Origin: Penicillus capitatus
Taxonomy: Eukaryota; Plantae; Chlorophyta
Direction of reading: 5' to 3'
Assembly (NCBI GenBank): GCA_965649825.1
Contig: OZ287694.1
Coordinates: forward strand, 1,487,197 to 1,551,196
Length of the DNA: 64,000 nt
This document shows positions 22,536 to 36,559 of this stretch, one piece after another. Each line of letters begins with the position of its first letter. Within the stretch, counting starts at the first letter, position 1. Under the pieces are notes generated by a model that saw nothing but the letters and a program-made list of their open reading frames with translations, made no database searches and was not told the DNA's origin. The position numbers were made by a program, and so were the translations under genes.

Positions 22536-25184
22536 ATGAACGGTGACTCCACAGAATGCCGTAATGAAGCACCACTGCTTCCACCAGAAGTGCGTCCAGA
22601 CGAATCGGATACGGACGAAGATGAAAGTAATGCATGAATAGCTTGTCAGAGAGACCAGTCGGTTTGTCACGATTCTTTCTTCGACGCGGCCTTTGGGACT
22701 CCGTGCTTTCCGACGCGGCCTTTGGGACTCCGTGCTTTCCGACGCGGCCTTTGGGACTCCGTGCTTTCCGACGCGGCCTTTGGGACTCCCTCCGTGCTTT
22801 CCGACGCGGCCTTTGGGACTCCCTCCGTGCTTTCCGACGCGGCCTTTGGGACTCCCTGCTTTCCGACGCGGCCTTTGGGACTCCCTGCTTTCCGACGCGG
22901 CCTTTGGGACTCCCTGCTTTCCGACGCGGCCTTTGGGACTCCCTGCTTTCCGACGCGGCCTTTGTGTCCCAGGTAGCGAAGAGAGTGGAGGTGACGTCCA
23001 CGTTCCCTACTGGACGAGAGAAGTAACGGAACGGTAAGTCCAAACGCAAGAACGTTTCGACCAATGAAAAAGCGTCTTCGTGGTAGTTTGATAATCGATT
23101 ATGGACAAGGGGAAGTTTTCGGGCTGGATAACTCTAATGGCATTCCAATTCTATGCGACTCGATTATGCAGAAACACCCTGAGTGTACGTTGCTGTTGCT
23201 TGAGTACTTGAAGACATGCGGCGAGGATAAAATTATGCTTGGAGTACACGTAATGCTGAAGTGGGCGCTAAGCAACCGAGCCGAGGAGGTAGCGAGATTC
23301 CTCCTCGACTGTGTGGAAGCGAAGAGGTTGCCCGTGGACGAGTCCTTCCGCATTCTCGCCAACTGCCTCTTCCCTCTGATCGCAGAGTTTCCCGATCTTG
23401 CGAATCGCTACATCAAGAACGACAGTTTCTCATTCGAGTACGGAAGATTCTCAGTTTCCCGTTCCCTGATTGATAAGAACAAGAATCGACCGATCGCTAT
23501 GATAACAGAAGAGCCACCGGGCGGATTTACAATGACCGACACCGAAACGGTTAGGGATTTCTGGATAGAAAAATGCGTGGAGCACTCCGAAGACCTGAAG
23601 GAGGACTCGACCGATTTTCAGGTCGAGATGGCAGCCAAGTTCTTCTGCGTTAAGGACCCTGCAATTCTGACAGCAGACGATCTCAGAGGAGAACATCTCT
23701 GTGTATGCCTCGACAGACAGGATTTCCCAGTGGAGTTTTTCGAATCCGAGGCACTGAAGAACTTGGTTGACTGGTGGTTTTGTTATCATTGCCAGCTGTA
23801 CTATTTCTTCATCTTCCTGGATGGCATAGCCACCTTGATCTTTACGATCTTTGCTTATATGTATGGGCACCAGGACAGCGTGGGAATAGCAAATCAGCAA
23901 CTGTTGCTAGGACTGTCGATTTCTTCGATGATTCTTCGATATGGGAGCTTGTTCTTCTACTGGTCTTTTGCAAGGCGAGAAATCGTTTAGTCGTAATCTG
24001 CGAGCCAGCCTCTTAGATGGATGTGTGTAGGCTCAGCATCCTGTGTATCGAATGTACGCTCTTCATTCAGATCTGCATCACAACTCATTACTACAGTCAC
24101 TCAGCCTTCCTGATATCCATCTGTTGTATCCTTCAGTGGATCTCGGTACTGTTCAGATTCGCACTCATCCGATTGTCTCGTAAGTGTGTTCGTTCTTGAA
24201 CTCTAGATATTCCGTCTGTCACAAGCATTTGATCGAATTGGGCCGTTCATCTCGATGGTGACTTCGGCAATCAAGGACTCGTGGCGATTTCTGCTGCTCG
24301 TGGCTGTTATGATTCTTGGCTACTCGATCGCATTCATGGCCCTTTTCCAGAGCGGATCCATTGAAGATGAAGACAGCAACTTCAGCTCCCTTCCACGCAC
24401 AATCGAGACCCTCCTCTACTCGTGCATCGGAAACTTCGAGGTTGACGTAAGTCCCTGTCCACTTCCCCTCCTATCTCCCAAATGCTGTGCTGTTTGTGTC
24501 GACGCAGATGTTTCGATCTTCGAAAAACTTTCTCACAGTATGGGCTACTCTGCTGTTCGCTTCCTTCGTCTATATTGGACCGATTATGCTGATCAGTCTG
24601 CTGATTGCCATTCTGACGGACACGTACGACAGAGTCCATGCAAAGCATCAAGCAGAATTGAGAAAACTCCGACTCAGGATCGTCGCCAATTGTCAGCGTT
24701 CAGAGAGTAGCTCGATCAGACATCTCCTGTAAGTTCCTCCAAGATTTAGAAACATATTCGAAGTGACAACGTTTGACGGTGCTACAGGAAAGCAATAACA
24801 GGAGCTTATAGAGGAATTAACGCCCGTCTTTCCACCCCTGTCGAAACACCAAATATTTCACTCTACTACATGTTGCTTGATGAAGATCATTCTTGCTTCC
24901 ACTATTTGGTTCCTGTTGAGGGCAGCGAATCAGAATCGCCTGTTGAAGAATGGCAAGGAAGAGTGATGGCATTCGAAAGGACCATCAAGTCTGAAGCTCA
25001 AAAGAACGCGGAAGGATTCAAAGAGCAACATGCAATCTTAGAAGGCAAGATAGACGGATTAGAAGAGAGGATGAACAGAATGGAAGGTTCCACGAGCAAA
25101 CTGGAAACTTCCTCGAGCAGACTGGAGGCTGCTGTGGATCAAATCCTTCAGAAGTTGGATGGCAATGGCCCGTCTTTAACCTGA
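22536..25184 (+). CDS. TRP-like ankyrin/6-TM cation channel A2 (complete copy of A1)
   Basis: Exon 1 22536-22626 (MNGDSTECRNEAPLLP...), intron 22627-22972, exon 2 22973-23033 (DVHVPYWT), intron 23034-23086. Intron phases are consistent; the remainder is identical to A1. Confidence 0.85.
22682..22964. repeat. Minisatellite (29/33-bp units, 10 cores) in intron 1 of TRP-A2
   Basis: Tandem ccgacgcggcctttgggactcc(ctcc)(g/c)tgcttt. Unit lengths are 29,29,29,33,33,29,29,29,29 plus a partial unit; no spacers. Confidence 0.95.
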
Positions 25185-28100
25185 ACAAACAGTCTAGCGA
25201 AGGCGAATGCCCATTGTTGATCACAAAACCTTTCAGATCCTTTTTCTTTTCTTTATTTGATTCGCAAAGGTCGTTGCCTCGGGCGTTGGTGATTTCTGAG
25301 TGGATGTCTCTTATCTTGTCGACCCTTTATCCAGACGTAACATGAAGATAGGCCTGATGTGTTTGGCGACGACCTTTGATGCTGATAAGTTTGATTGCTA
25401 TCGGTGATCCTTGCTGGACAGTCCTAGAATTCTTTATTGATCCATCGGAACGAAACAGAATGTGTAAATATCGGGAACAATAGCGATCGACTTCACGAAT
25501 CGCAGATCCTTGCTATCTCGCGCAAAGATCGTATCTTCTGTCGGCCAATCCCCGAATTCGACAAGGGCAGCGCCCTGTCCCTGCCTCTGTTGCGAAATGA
25601 TGCAATGTACTGTCGCGCCTTAAGTATGTGTGACCTGTTGCTGTCATGCCAGTTCTCTGTTCTGTCAGGCAAGACACCCAAAGCCGCTTTGCTATCACAG
25701 CATGTACTTTTTGTGTATGCACATCTGATGGCTTAATTTGCGAACTGCCTCTGTCGTTCGACAGGTATCCTCCAATCGGCAGCCAGTGTTCTGGTCACTC
25801 TCAAGTAGTTGGCCCGTTGTTGCCTCAAGGCAGGTAGTGAGCGATAGTTGAACGCATTACATTCTGTCTTTCGTCAGTAGGAAGACCGCTATGCGTCTTG
25901 CCTACTCCCATACAAATGGATGGAAGCTCGTGTGGGATGGATTCGCTAAAGGACGAAACGCTAGTCGACGGAGCAGAATTTCCGATTCTCGCCCGTGACG
26001 CCAGTTTTTGGCTAATTTGCACACTGCTATTCGGAGACCCTTCGCTTCCCTCTCTACTGTCGTGGCCACACCCCGAAAAGCATCAAGCGCATTAGACGAT
26101 ACAGGAAGGGTCTCCTGGCTGCAATTTGCTGTCGATGCTCTGGAGATAAGATGTCTAACAGACAGACAGCATCACGACATGACCCAGAGCTGTCTGAGTG
26201 GATTCACAGAGTGCATGGCGAAGGCTCTGTAGAATTCCATGTTCGACTGTTGGCGATTACCATTCGGAGCTTGTCTCATCCGTTCAGCACAGCTGATGGC
26301 TAAATGTAACTGTTCGCCATTCATACCTTGTCTTTCGACCGTCCATCGCTGTTCAAACGTCCTTCGTTCGGTGATGCGGTCCTGCCTGGCTGAGATCTAT
26401 GACATGAGCATAGATTGAATCCATTGAATCGTAATCCACTTGCAGGAGCAGCTTCTTTCAGCTGCGTTTTGTTCTTCGATTGTGACGACTCGCCGGAATT
26501 CGCCTGCCATACTGTTCTATTGTAGCAATAAAAGATACTGCGTGTTGTGTCTGATGTCCGTCGCTGGAGACACAGACTGTCTTTCTCACTTCGATGATTC
26601 CACTATCCTCTGTCGTACACGAAGGGAGGGACTTCTACAAAGATGACATTGCGAGAGGAGTCTTCGGTACAGTAGTGCTCCGAGCACTTCATCAGGCCGT
26701 AGAAATGATGGTCCCGCTGGTTTACACTCTATGGTTTCCACAGACGTTGCTGTTGACAAAGGACGATCGCGACAGAACCTGTAACGATCGACGAGTACGA
26801 GAAATTCCTGTACTAAGACGCGAAGCGGTGCGCGTCATTCTCTGACGATTCCCAGGCAGAGACCACTTGACGTGTGGCGACGCTTGCAAAGGCACGCGGC
26901 GTGTATTCGACCTGGCAGGAGATGAGGCCAGAGAAGTTCAGCAATGCATGCGTCACTAGCTTCTCTGAACTGAGATTCAAGTTTTGTTTCTCTGAGGCAG
27001 ATGATGGAAGCTACGGAGGGGCGATTTCCTATGCAGAGCAGTGGCCGGCACTTGTTAGAATGACTTTCGCACTCAAGGAGGCAATTCCTTTTGCCCATGA
27101 CCTTTGATCTGTCTGCATTTGGTTGCTCTCTATATTGTGTCGTTTCATCTAAAAGGTAACACGCGCTTCTTTGAAGAGACGTGGCAACAGGTGTCGTTAC
27201 ATAGAGCTTCTCTTTTCCGCCAGAAATCCTAATCCGTGAACATTTCATAAAGAGAATCTGTATCAAGTGACTTGTTTTCTATTGAAAAGGGCGACGAATG
27301 TGACAAACTGTAAGCGGGCACTGTCTGAGGAGAAATAGCATCCAGCATGCAGCACGCGTCGAAGCCGACGTGGACAGAAATTGGAGCTGTTTACACATAA
27401 AGACGTTAGGACATCGGAACGGTAAGTGTCTTCACAGAAAACTTAAACGTTGCATAGATAGATCTACAACGGATCCGTTCACTCTGATCTTTCAATTCTT
27501 GTTTGCATGTTTGCATGCAATGGCACGACGATTAACAATGCCAGTTTCTTTTAAGAAAGGTGTAGCGATGTGACATTGTAGTAATAGATTCTTCTCTTGA
27601 AGTGGTTCGTAGACGACTTTAGTTAGGGGCTCTCCTTTTCCCATGGCTGAAGATTTGACCGAGGCGGTACATCGACAATCAAGCATTATTTGAGCGTTCG
27701 ATGTTTTGAGGTAATGAGGTTAAAGTGATGGAGACCACACGCTACAGTACACTGTGTTCCTTCTTGCAAACCTCTACTCTTAGATGGCTGGTTATCTCCA
27801 ACTTGTTGACGCAGACAAGCAAACGGAACGTTAAGGGATGGATGCCCTTTGGAGGAGGGGAGAACAAAGAGGAGGGGACACTCATTTTTTACTGTTTCCA
27901 AGTTGCACTCTACAGACTGGTCTTGCTCTAACGACCATGAACTTAAGACAGACAGCCAGTATTTGTGTTGTCCTATCGTTCCGACTTGCGCTATCTTGAA
28001 TATATCTCCTGATTTCAACAGCGTGTCCATTGTACGTACAACATGATTATTTGGAGATTAAAGGGAGACTTCTTAGTCACAGGCCATTAGTTTTGTCTTG

Positions 28101-31100
28101 AGTACTGAATCCATGAAGACGCGGTTCTAAAAGGTTATCAGAAAGGTGTCGAGATAGTTGAAAAAGAGAACGAAAACATAAAGAAAGCTGCGCGGAATCT
28201 ATTGAAACGGAGCTGCAAGGATGCCTCGCGTGTATTGCATCTCTTCTGCGAAGACCGAGAGATCTATCTGTTTAAGGAAGCTTGTTTGTCATGCTCGAGT
28301 ATTTTGTTTAAGGACCATCCAAGGCTGCGTTTACATCCGGACGACTAATAGGCCATTAAGATCGGCTGGTTTGGCCAACGCGGAGATGCGCACTTTAGCG
28401 CACACGACGATCAACTATTGTCCTTTTGCAGGTGATGGCATGTGGTCAAACGTCGGCGATAGCAGATGACGTCGATTGGGTTCCCAATCGAAAACATGAC
28501 TTAAATGGCGATACTGATTATGAGACCTGGCAGTGTCTTCTGCCATCGACGACGTCAAGACATCTAGATGCATTGACAGAGGAAGCATCGGAGGCCGTCT
28601 GTCCATTGGACAGGAAGGGAATTAAGTCACTGAATCCCACTGAACATTACTCAAGAAGGCAAGAGACTCTTTCAAGCGCGAAAGGGATATCCAACTGTGC
28701 ATGTCGTCCCAAACTCCCAACGTAGTAGATCAGTCTGGCGGTAAGTACTATCGCCATGCAAAGAAGTAAGATAAGTGTTAGATCCATCAGCTCCCAGAAC
28801 TGTTATTTAGTCATAAGTATAATTAACTGTTCCATGTTCTTCGTTTCCAGTCTCGAGAACGAAGAAGAACAGCAGACCTCAGTGCCGCAAGGCACATCAC
28901 TCTACAACTGAGCAGTCGGTGTCCGTGCGCTCCGTGCAACTTGTCGTGCCTGGGAAGCCAAGAACGGACTTTCCTCTCCCGGCACGGCTAAAGAAAGAAA
29001 CATGAACAGCAAAGAGCACACTGCCAATGAGAACAAGATCCCAGAAGGCATAAAGTGGGGGCATGATGCCAAGATCTGAGTGGCGTTTGCGTGGTACATA
29101 CAGATTAGCGACTCTGTAAGAGTGGATTGCTTGAATAAGAAGGGCAGCGCCTGATGGTCATACTGCACCCGCCTTAAGAATACAGCTTAGTGTAGACATG
29201 TAAAGGGCGGCGATCGAGAGTTGGAGACGAGAAACTTTAGTTGACCACCTCATGGCTGCCGTTATTTCCAGCGCCCCGTTGAACGAAGTGGCTCTGTGCA
29301 CGGATTGATACCTTTAGTTATTTCCAGTCAGGCGTCGCCCCGGGTGAAGTATACCGCCAGCCGTCCATCGGAGGTGGATGGCAACCCAGCCAACAGCCTA
29401 TTCGAACAACCGTGCTTGTCAGTTCCTATGAGAGAGCGATCCGAGTTACCTGGGGGGTTGCGAAAGCTTGCAGGGCCCGCTTCTGTCACCTTCCACGACA
29501 GGGACACCGACCCGTGCAATGCCACACCCCACACCTTCACTGCATTTTCCCCCTGCAGCGCCAGCTAAGGAGTCGTGTCGGCGCGCACGCGAATAAAAAA
29601 GTACACACAAGGAAGAAACAGAAAAGAACGACAGCACAGAAAAGCAAACAGGAAAGAAACCCTCAGCTGACCGAAAAGGTAGAAGGAAGGCAAAAGACAG
29701 AAAGCAGGGGGCCGGTCTCAAGCCCAGATGGTACACAAGCAAGCAAAGACACATTCACAGGACTACAGACAATAGAATGGACTAGAATTGAAACACCATG
29801 AACGACAATCAAATGAGGAGGGGCAAAATGACCAAAAATCACAGGTTGAAATGTAAGAGACATGAAACACACAATCAAGAAAGGGGCTATGCTGAACACA
29901 GTGAATGAAGGAAACAGAAAGAGCAGGACCTAATCAAAGTGCTAAAAACTATCATCTAATTCGAAAGAATCTAAAAAATCCACCCAGGACGGAAAGAAAA
30001 GACCCTAATCAAGCAGAGACCCTTATAGAAAAGATGAAAATGCGGGTCCCGGGTGGGGTCTCCTTCGCCGGCCGCCTTCAGAGTACTGGCGACAGATCCG
30101 ATGCAGAGCGGCTTGGATCGGGCCCAGCGCTTCCGAATGACGCCACGTCCACGCAAACTCCGCTTGGCCCACCGCAGAGCTGCGTCAGCCAGGTGCCGCC
30201 ACCAGCGACGGCTGCATCTGCGACGAACACAAGTATGAATTCAGTAAGACGGCAGGGTAGCGGATGAAATTCGCTTACGAGGATTTCCCGGGGACGCCGC
30301 TGACCGGATTGTGCCTCACGAGCCATTTTTAAAGTGCTTGGCGATACGGCCGGCGATGGAAAAAACGTAGACGGTTCTGTGGCGGAAGAGGCGTGTTTTG
30401 TTCACGCTGCTCCGGACGGATAGCACAACGGCAAGCGCAGGTCGCGGACCGTAGTGTCACGGGCGCCAGTTCTGGCCGACCCCTCTGTCAGGGTATCGGA
30501 CTTCGGCAATACGAACGCAGTAAACGCGTTAAAGCGCAACGGACTTCCATCGCTGCGTTCGCTGTTTTCGGAGGGTTCAGGTTACTTCGTCGACCTAAGG
30601 ACAGTTCCCGAAGACAGATAACCTCACAAGCTGTGCGTGCGTCGGTGCACGAAGGTTGACGTTCCGAGATGAACACCTTCCGTCGCATGGCTGTCTCGTT
30701 CGGAGAGTAAGCACCGCGACGAAGCTCTTTGCGTTTGGCGAAGTCGACGGACGGACAGAAAGGACAAATGCAGAAATGCGCGTTGTGCGGTGCGACGTCG
30801 GTTATGTTTGTACGACGGTTAATCCTGTGTTTTGATCAGATCATCTTGACGAAGGGTATATCGCATACACAGTAAGGAACGTCCAGGGCATACACTGCCT
30901 ACCGGTCCTTGCATGTTCAGTATTTTACAAGATCTGCCGATGGTAGCTTTCCGATTGCGTCAAGGCACCGCAGCATTGAGAATCCCTGCAGCTCGAACAC
31001 ATGAACAAGCAGTCGATGCTGTCTGTCAAAGATACACTGACTAAGAATGATTCAGCCATTCAATGGAAGGCTGTCCGTTGATTTCATTGAGGCACCGGTT

Positions 31101-33378
31101 ATGATATCGCATAAGACAGTGCAGGCGCAAATCTGCCATTTGAGGATGCAGTCTCCTCTCAAATCCAGAGTTTTTTTCGAGAGATGTCCTCGCGTCTAAT
31201 GGAGTATGCAAGAGAAGTGGATCATCAGTAATCTGTGAATCCTAGAGTACAAAGTGACTAAGAAACCCTAGCCTCCTGTATCTTGTCGTGTGGACAGAGG
31301 ATAAGTATATAGCATCAATGTTTCCTTCTTCGAAGCATCTATCAGTCGCTCTTCCCGACAGTAGAAGGACGTAAGGTATGGCATGAACCTTAAATCGTTG
31401 ATGTTGGATTCATTAGACATTAATGAGAAGCAATCTTTGGGGATGGAGTCGAGGAGATGTGCAATCCAGAAAGCCAATCTTAAGTGTCCCAATGCTTACA
31501 GCTCTGTCCCGTTCCCGACGAGTAACAGGGAACTTGTAAACATTGGATTGAGAAACAGAGATTTCTGTCTTTGATCAAACTCATTGGCAGCAGACATGTA
31601 CGTCACACGCACAGTTTATGTCCCAGATACGATTAACGGTCTGTTAACAAAACACAATCCTAAAAATGCCCAGAGCAAATGGTCATCGACCTTTGCTCTA
31701 TCCAGCTAAGAGATGAGATCTTCCGATGGACTTTGTGCTCAACGCGGTGCGTTTGATTGTGTCACATAATTGCTCAACTGGAAGATGGACCATTCGCATC
31801 CAGTTTTTGAAGAATTTGGTATATGGCAGTTTCCATTCTGTCCATTCTCTCCTCCACGTGACGCCTCCAGTTTTCTTCCTGCAGTTTGTTTTCTGTTGTC
31901 TCCTTGTCAATCTTCGAGCAATGTGCTGCAAGTTCATCGATCTTCTTGTCTGTAAGTATGTGTTGCTCCTTCAACCTTCTCTTAATCTTCTGACCTTCAG
32001 ACTTGATGGTTCTTTCCATCGCCACCAGTTTGCCATGCCATTCATCGTCGTGCGATTTTAGTTCATCGACTTCAGGGACCAGGAAATGAAAGTATCTTCC
32101 AGCCAGTTCGTTTGCAACAACTTTACCAGTCATCCTCACACGTTTCGATGATGGAAGCCATCGACGACAACACGACAAAAAGTGTGCAACAATTAGAATC
32201 GGAAGGTCGCTGCACCACTAACACACATTAACAGTCAGATTCAGATTCCGATTGTTCTTTAACGACTTACGATGGCCAAAGGTCTTGAGTAAAGAGAAAC
32301 TGAAACCTGGCAATCAATCGAAGTCGGAGTCTTCGCAATTCCGCTTTCTCTTTTAATCGAACTCTGTCAAAGATATCTTGCACAATGGCGATCAGAACAT
32401 TGATCAGCACGATCGGCAAAATGTAGATGAATGAAGCAAACAGCACAGTGGCCCAAATCGCAAGACGGCTATTTGAAGATCGAAACATCTGCATCACCAA
32501 ACGAGATCAGACATCAAAGACACAGCTGGAGAAATTAGCAAAGACGTACTTCGACATCGAAGTTCCCGAGGCAGGCGTAGAGGAGGGTTTCAACTGCAGG
32601 CCCAAAAGAATTGAAGTTTTCTTCGTCATTTGCATTGAGCCCTTGTGTAAAGAGCACCACAAATGCTGATGAATACCCGACGATCAAAAGAATCATTAAC
32701 AGCAGAAAACGCCAGGAGTCCAAAACGGCTGAAGTCGCCACCGAGACAAGCGTCCCGATTCGTTCAAACGGATGCCACGAGAGAAACATCTAGAGTGCAC
32801 GAACAAACTCAGTGGGAGGCAGAAACGATTTGGTAAACACCTCCATCCATTGAACAATGATGATCAGAGACATCAGAAAGACGCTGTATTTAATGGAACG
32901 ATCGTCGAAGCGAGTGCGAAGAATCCCCAAGGATAGAGAGATTTCCGTAAGGCAGATGCCAAGCCTACAGTCATCCATCTCAGAAACAGGCTAAAAGTAT
33001 AAATAGGCAAGTGAATGCTGACCTTCGAAAAGACCGGAGGTAAGCAGCTGATGTGGTTCGTAGACAGCAATAAGCAATGATCAGGCCCTCCTGAATTATC
33101 AAACTTGACTCCTTCTCCCCAAATGTGGAACTTGACTCTCCCGTTTCAATAAAAGATGTCATCGTCATGAAGATGATGGTAAGGGCCAGAGTGGCTAAGC
33201 CATCCATAATGATGCTGGCTTGATAATCAGAGCGATAAACTCGAAACCAGTGATCAATAAAGTTCAGCAGCGTCTCAGACTGGAAAACTTCGACGGATAG
33301 GCTCAGATTGCGAAGGTATTCGCAGAGATGTTGAGCACCCTCGATAATGTTACGTCGGCGCCGTAAAAACGATTGCCA
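23011..33378. repeat. Segmental duplication copy 2 (apparently identical to 1-10368)
   Basis: Identical ORF track at offset 23010. Confidence 0.95.
29310..30330 (-). mobile_element. Duplicate of the possible tyrosine-recombinase element remnant
   Basis: Identical to 6300-7320. Confidence 0.25.
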
Positions 33379-34316
33379 GGCATTCAGCTTCCGAGGTATC
33401 GAACGACTGATACAAAAGACCTTTGCAGTGACCGTGATCTGTGGATCTGTGGTGCTGCCAATAGAGTGACCCTCTTCTTCCCAGTGCTCGATCCATAAAC
33501 CCTTTCCCTGCTCGCCATCCATCGCTGCCCAGTTATCCGGTATCGTCCTCGTAATCATAGTTTTTGCAAACTTACTGTTATTGTCAAAAAGAACCTTCGG
33601 CATTCGAAAGCTGGCATAGTCGATGGTGAACTTATCATTCCTGAGCAGATCTGCCAACACGTCGGGACGCTTTTCGCCAATGACGGGCAGGTGTTTCGCC
33701 AGGAGGTCACTCGTTTCTTCGACACAAGCGTATTTTTCTGTGAGCTTGTCCAGAACGAATCTGACACTCTCGTATGTATCGCTCTCGATTGCCCAGAGCA
33801 GCAGATCTTCTCCCTCTGTTCGAAATGTCACGGCGATCCCTTCGTTCTTTGCGTAGTCGAGCAACATCTCTGCACAGTCGTATTGACCTTTCTGATGGCA
33901 TCCCAATAAATAGGACATCCGTCTTCGTCTATGGCATCGAGGACATCGATTCCGTGCTCGGAGATGATCCTGTCCGTCAAACAGAACGAGCAGTGAAAGG
34001 TAGGTCGAAACGCACAATGCTGCGCACCGGTCTACGTCTTCCGGCTTCCATGCCAACGGCGGTTCGATAACGAGACGAAGTTCGTTCGATGAACCGCTGC
34101 CTTGTCCTAAAGCAACGCATCGTCGCACATCCTTCAGTCGAAAGACGAAGAAGTTATGAATGGCTTCAACAAACCTGAGGTCGGAGATTGCGTTCCCTCC
34201 GGCGGCTCCATCACCCAATTCCCTTCGGGCATCTGCCGCCGCAATAAAGGCAGTCTCGGTTCGTCATTCCCTTCGCTTGAAGCGATATCAGCTGCCGTCG
34301 AAAATGTTGAACCCAT
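31774..34316 (-). pseudogene. TRP-like channel B2 with a 1-bp frameshift (true pseudogene or consensus error)
   Basis: Close paralog of B1. The T4 run in B1 (gaccttttctg) is T3 here (33889-33891), which shifts the frame in the first ankyrin exon. Confidence 0.7.
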
Positions 34317-35148
34317 CTGAAAGAAGTCGCAAAAAGGAAGGGCGAATGGTGCTTAAAAAGGCGGAAACTGTGTCAGCGCGCACAGGATCACTGTTATTTG
34401 GAACCTGTCGCGCAGTCCTTCACGCGGTCGCATCATTGCCATTTGATGCAGCATCAACGCTACGTCTACACGTATCTCAAGCTGAATCGAGCAGAGGCAA
34501 AGATAAGACCTGCAACGAACTCTGTGCGACGTGTCATCCGACTTGGGTCGCTCATGGAGTCGATAGACTGCCTTGCAGCTCACGATTCAGCAGACACAGA
34601 TGAAGAATTCCAAGCTCCTAACATGCGTCGAAGAAAAAAGACAAATTGATGAGCTCAGCAAAGACGGCCTCACACATCCGCGTCTTCCAGGAGCTCGGTG
34701 TCCACCCAAGGAACGAATTACTTTCTGACGCAGAGCTGTGTTTGCTGGCATAGCCACATCCAATGGGCACAGTGGAATCTGCCGAGAAGCACTCCAGCAA
34801 GAGAAGTCGAAAGTTTGGCATCTTTGGTTCAGATCAGCCAATGATTGCTTCTCCTTTTGAGATCATCACATCGATCCTTCGAACATGAATGGACTTTCTC
34901 TCATCGTCGTGGTCAATACAGTCTAGTTACTGTAATACACACAGAGGATCTGACAATTTTTGACCTTGAATGTGTGAGAAGCGCGCTTTTCGGCTGCCAT
35001 ATCATCTGATCTGGTCGCGACAGCGGGAGTAGAACGCGTGACGTGACTAATCTCGCTGGTTTCACATAATGGCGTCGAAGTTACATAAGCGTCTCCCAGA
35101 GAATGTTCTTCAACAGTTGCAGCTTAGCTTATTGCATTCCCATCCTTA

Positions 35149-36344
35149 TCAGATCTTTGTCTGAGTTCCTTGGAAGAGAACGGTTCCGTCTGCTTCGTCC
35201 ACAATGAAATAGAGGTAAGGACGGTCGACGATAATATTAAACGGAGGACTAATGATCGCAGCAGTCCTCTCAATGACGATGGCCGTCGCCGCTGCAGCTT
35301 CTGTTCCCTGCAAGCATCCTTACTTATCACTGAAATCGCATAAGAATCGCAACCTCTTCGTCCACAATGATCTTGGCCTTGTGAATGACGTCGGAAATCG
35401 CCAGTGACGCGTCCCTTGTGATTCCAGAGAAATCCGCCGCAGACGAGAAGGCTGTTGATAGGCCAAGCTTCGTAAGTATGCTGGTCAGAGGCTCTAGCGT
35501 CTGCTCCATTTCCCATTTGGGCATCTTGAGCAGATCGACTTTCCGCTCGACGAACCCGCTGCCAAACAGTGAGCCGATTTGCTTCCCGAGACCCCGTTCC
35601 GCTGTCTTCCATCCGTCGAGCTTGTTCGGAAGCAGGACGTACATCGTGAATGCATCGCCCTCGTACGGTAAGGCAAACAGAACGGCGTCCAGAGAATCCA
35701 CATCCTTGACGCGAAATCTCTTATCCCTCAGCGACATGAAGGGCACCGTCTGGTCGCCGCCCACTGCATGGAAGGTGTCGTCTATTGTCTTGTCTACGGG
35801 GAAGCGCGTCTTCCAGCTTCCCTTGAAGTAGAGGGCGTTGACGGCGACGAGAACAGTGTCAGGTGAGAGGACCCCTTTTGCAATGAGATCCGGAATCAGC
35901 CCTGCCGTTCTCTGAATGACCCATGCGTTGATTCGGACGCGGACGTCTTCGAATGCTCGAAGGAAATCCACCGATTCGACGTTTGATGACCCGATGCTCG
36001 ACACGTAGGCGTCCTCGAGGGTCACAGACTGTTCGACGTAGATGCGGTTCGCCATCTTCGCCACGGAGTCGCCCGAGTACTTCGTCAGTTTGGACGTAAG
36101 GTCGCCTCTGACGCGTTCATCCTAGACACAAGTATTCGAGGCGCGTCGAATGTCGGGGAGAGCTTACATCGAAATCGAAGAGCTTCTCGAGTTCGGTCTT
36201 GGTTCTGCCTCGAGCACCGTTGTAGACGAGGAGGAAGCACACGGCAATGGACAGTGGAGAGAAGATGAGGTTATCGTCTATGTGTTGCGGTCGCCATTCG
36301 GACAGGAGTTTCTGCCCAAAGGCATTCACCGAGTTCGTCGTCAT
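35149..36344 (-). CDS. Serpin 2 (paralog of serpin 1 with a different reactive-centre loop)
   Basis: Same exon structure as serpin 1. ORF 35327-36064 is nearly identical to serpin 1; the last exon reads GTEAAAATAIVIERTAAIISPPFNIIVDRPY. Confidence 0.93.
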
Positions 36345-36559
36345 GGTGCGAACGATTTTCGGCGGATATTTACCAAGGTACTCTGAGAACACCGAGAAGA
36401 ACCTCAGAATAATTACTGTTAGTATCTTTCCGATCTCTTTAAACCCTCACAGTCGCATCGCATGTCACTGTCACAGCTGTCTACCTTCGCGCAGCTGTCC
36501 AAAGAGAGGCTCGGAGCTGCGTTAATACGTTCGATGTCACGTGTCAGTACGTTCTGATT

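Noticed and set aside
22682-22964. CRISPR-like array of ~29-33-bp repeats
   Set aside because: There are no unique spacers and no cas genes; it is a head-to-tail minisatellite in a eukaryotic intron.
22420-23064. Long repetitive ORFs (214 aa, 130 aa, etc.) over the minisatellite
   Set aside because: These are by-products of a stop-free tandem repeat inside an intron.
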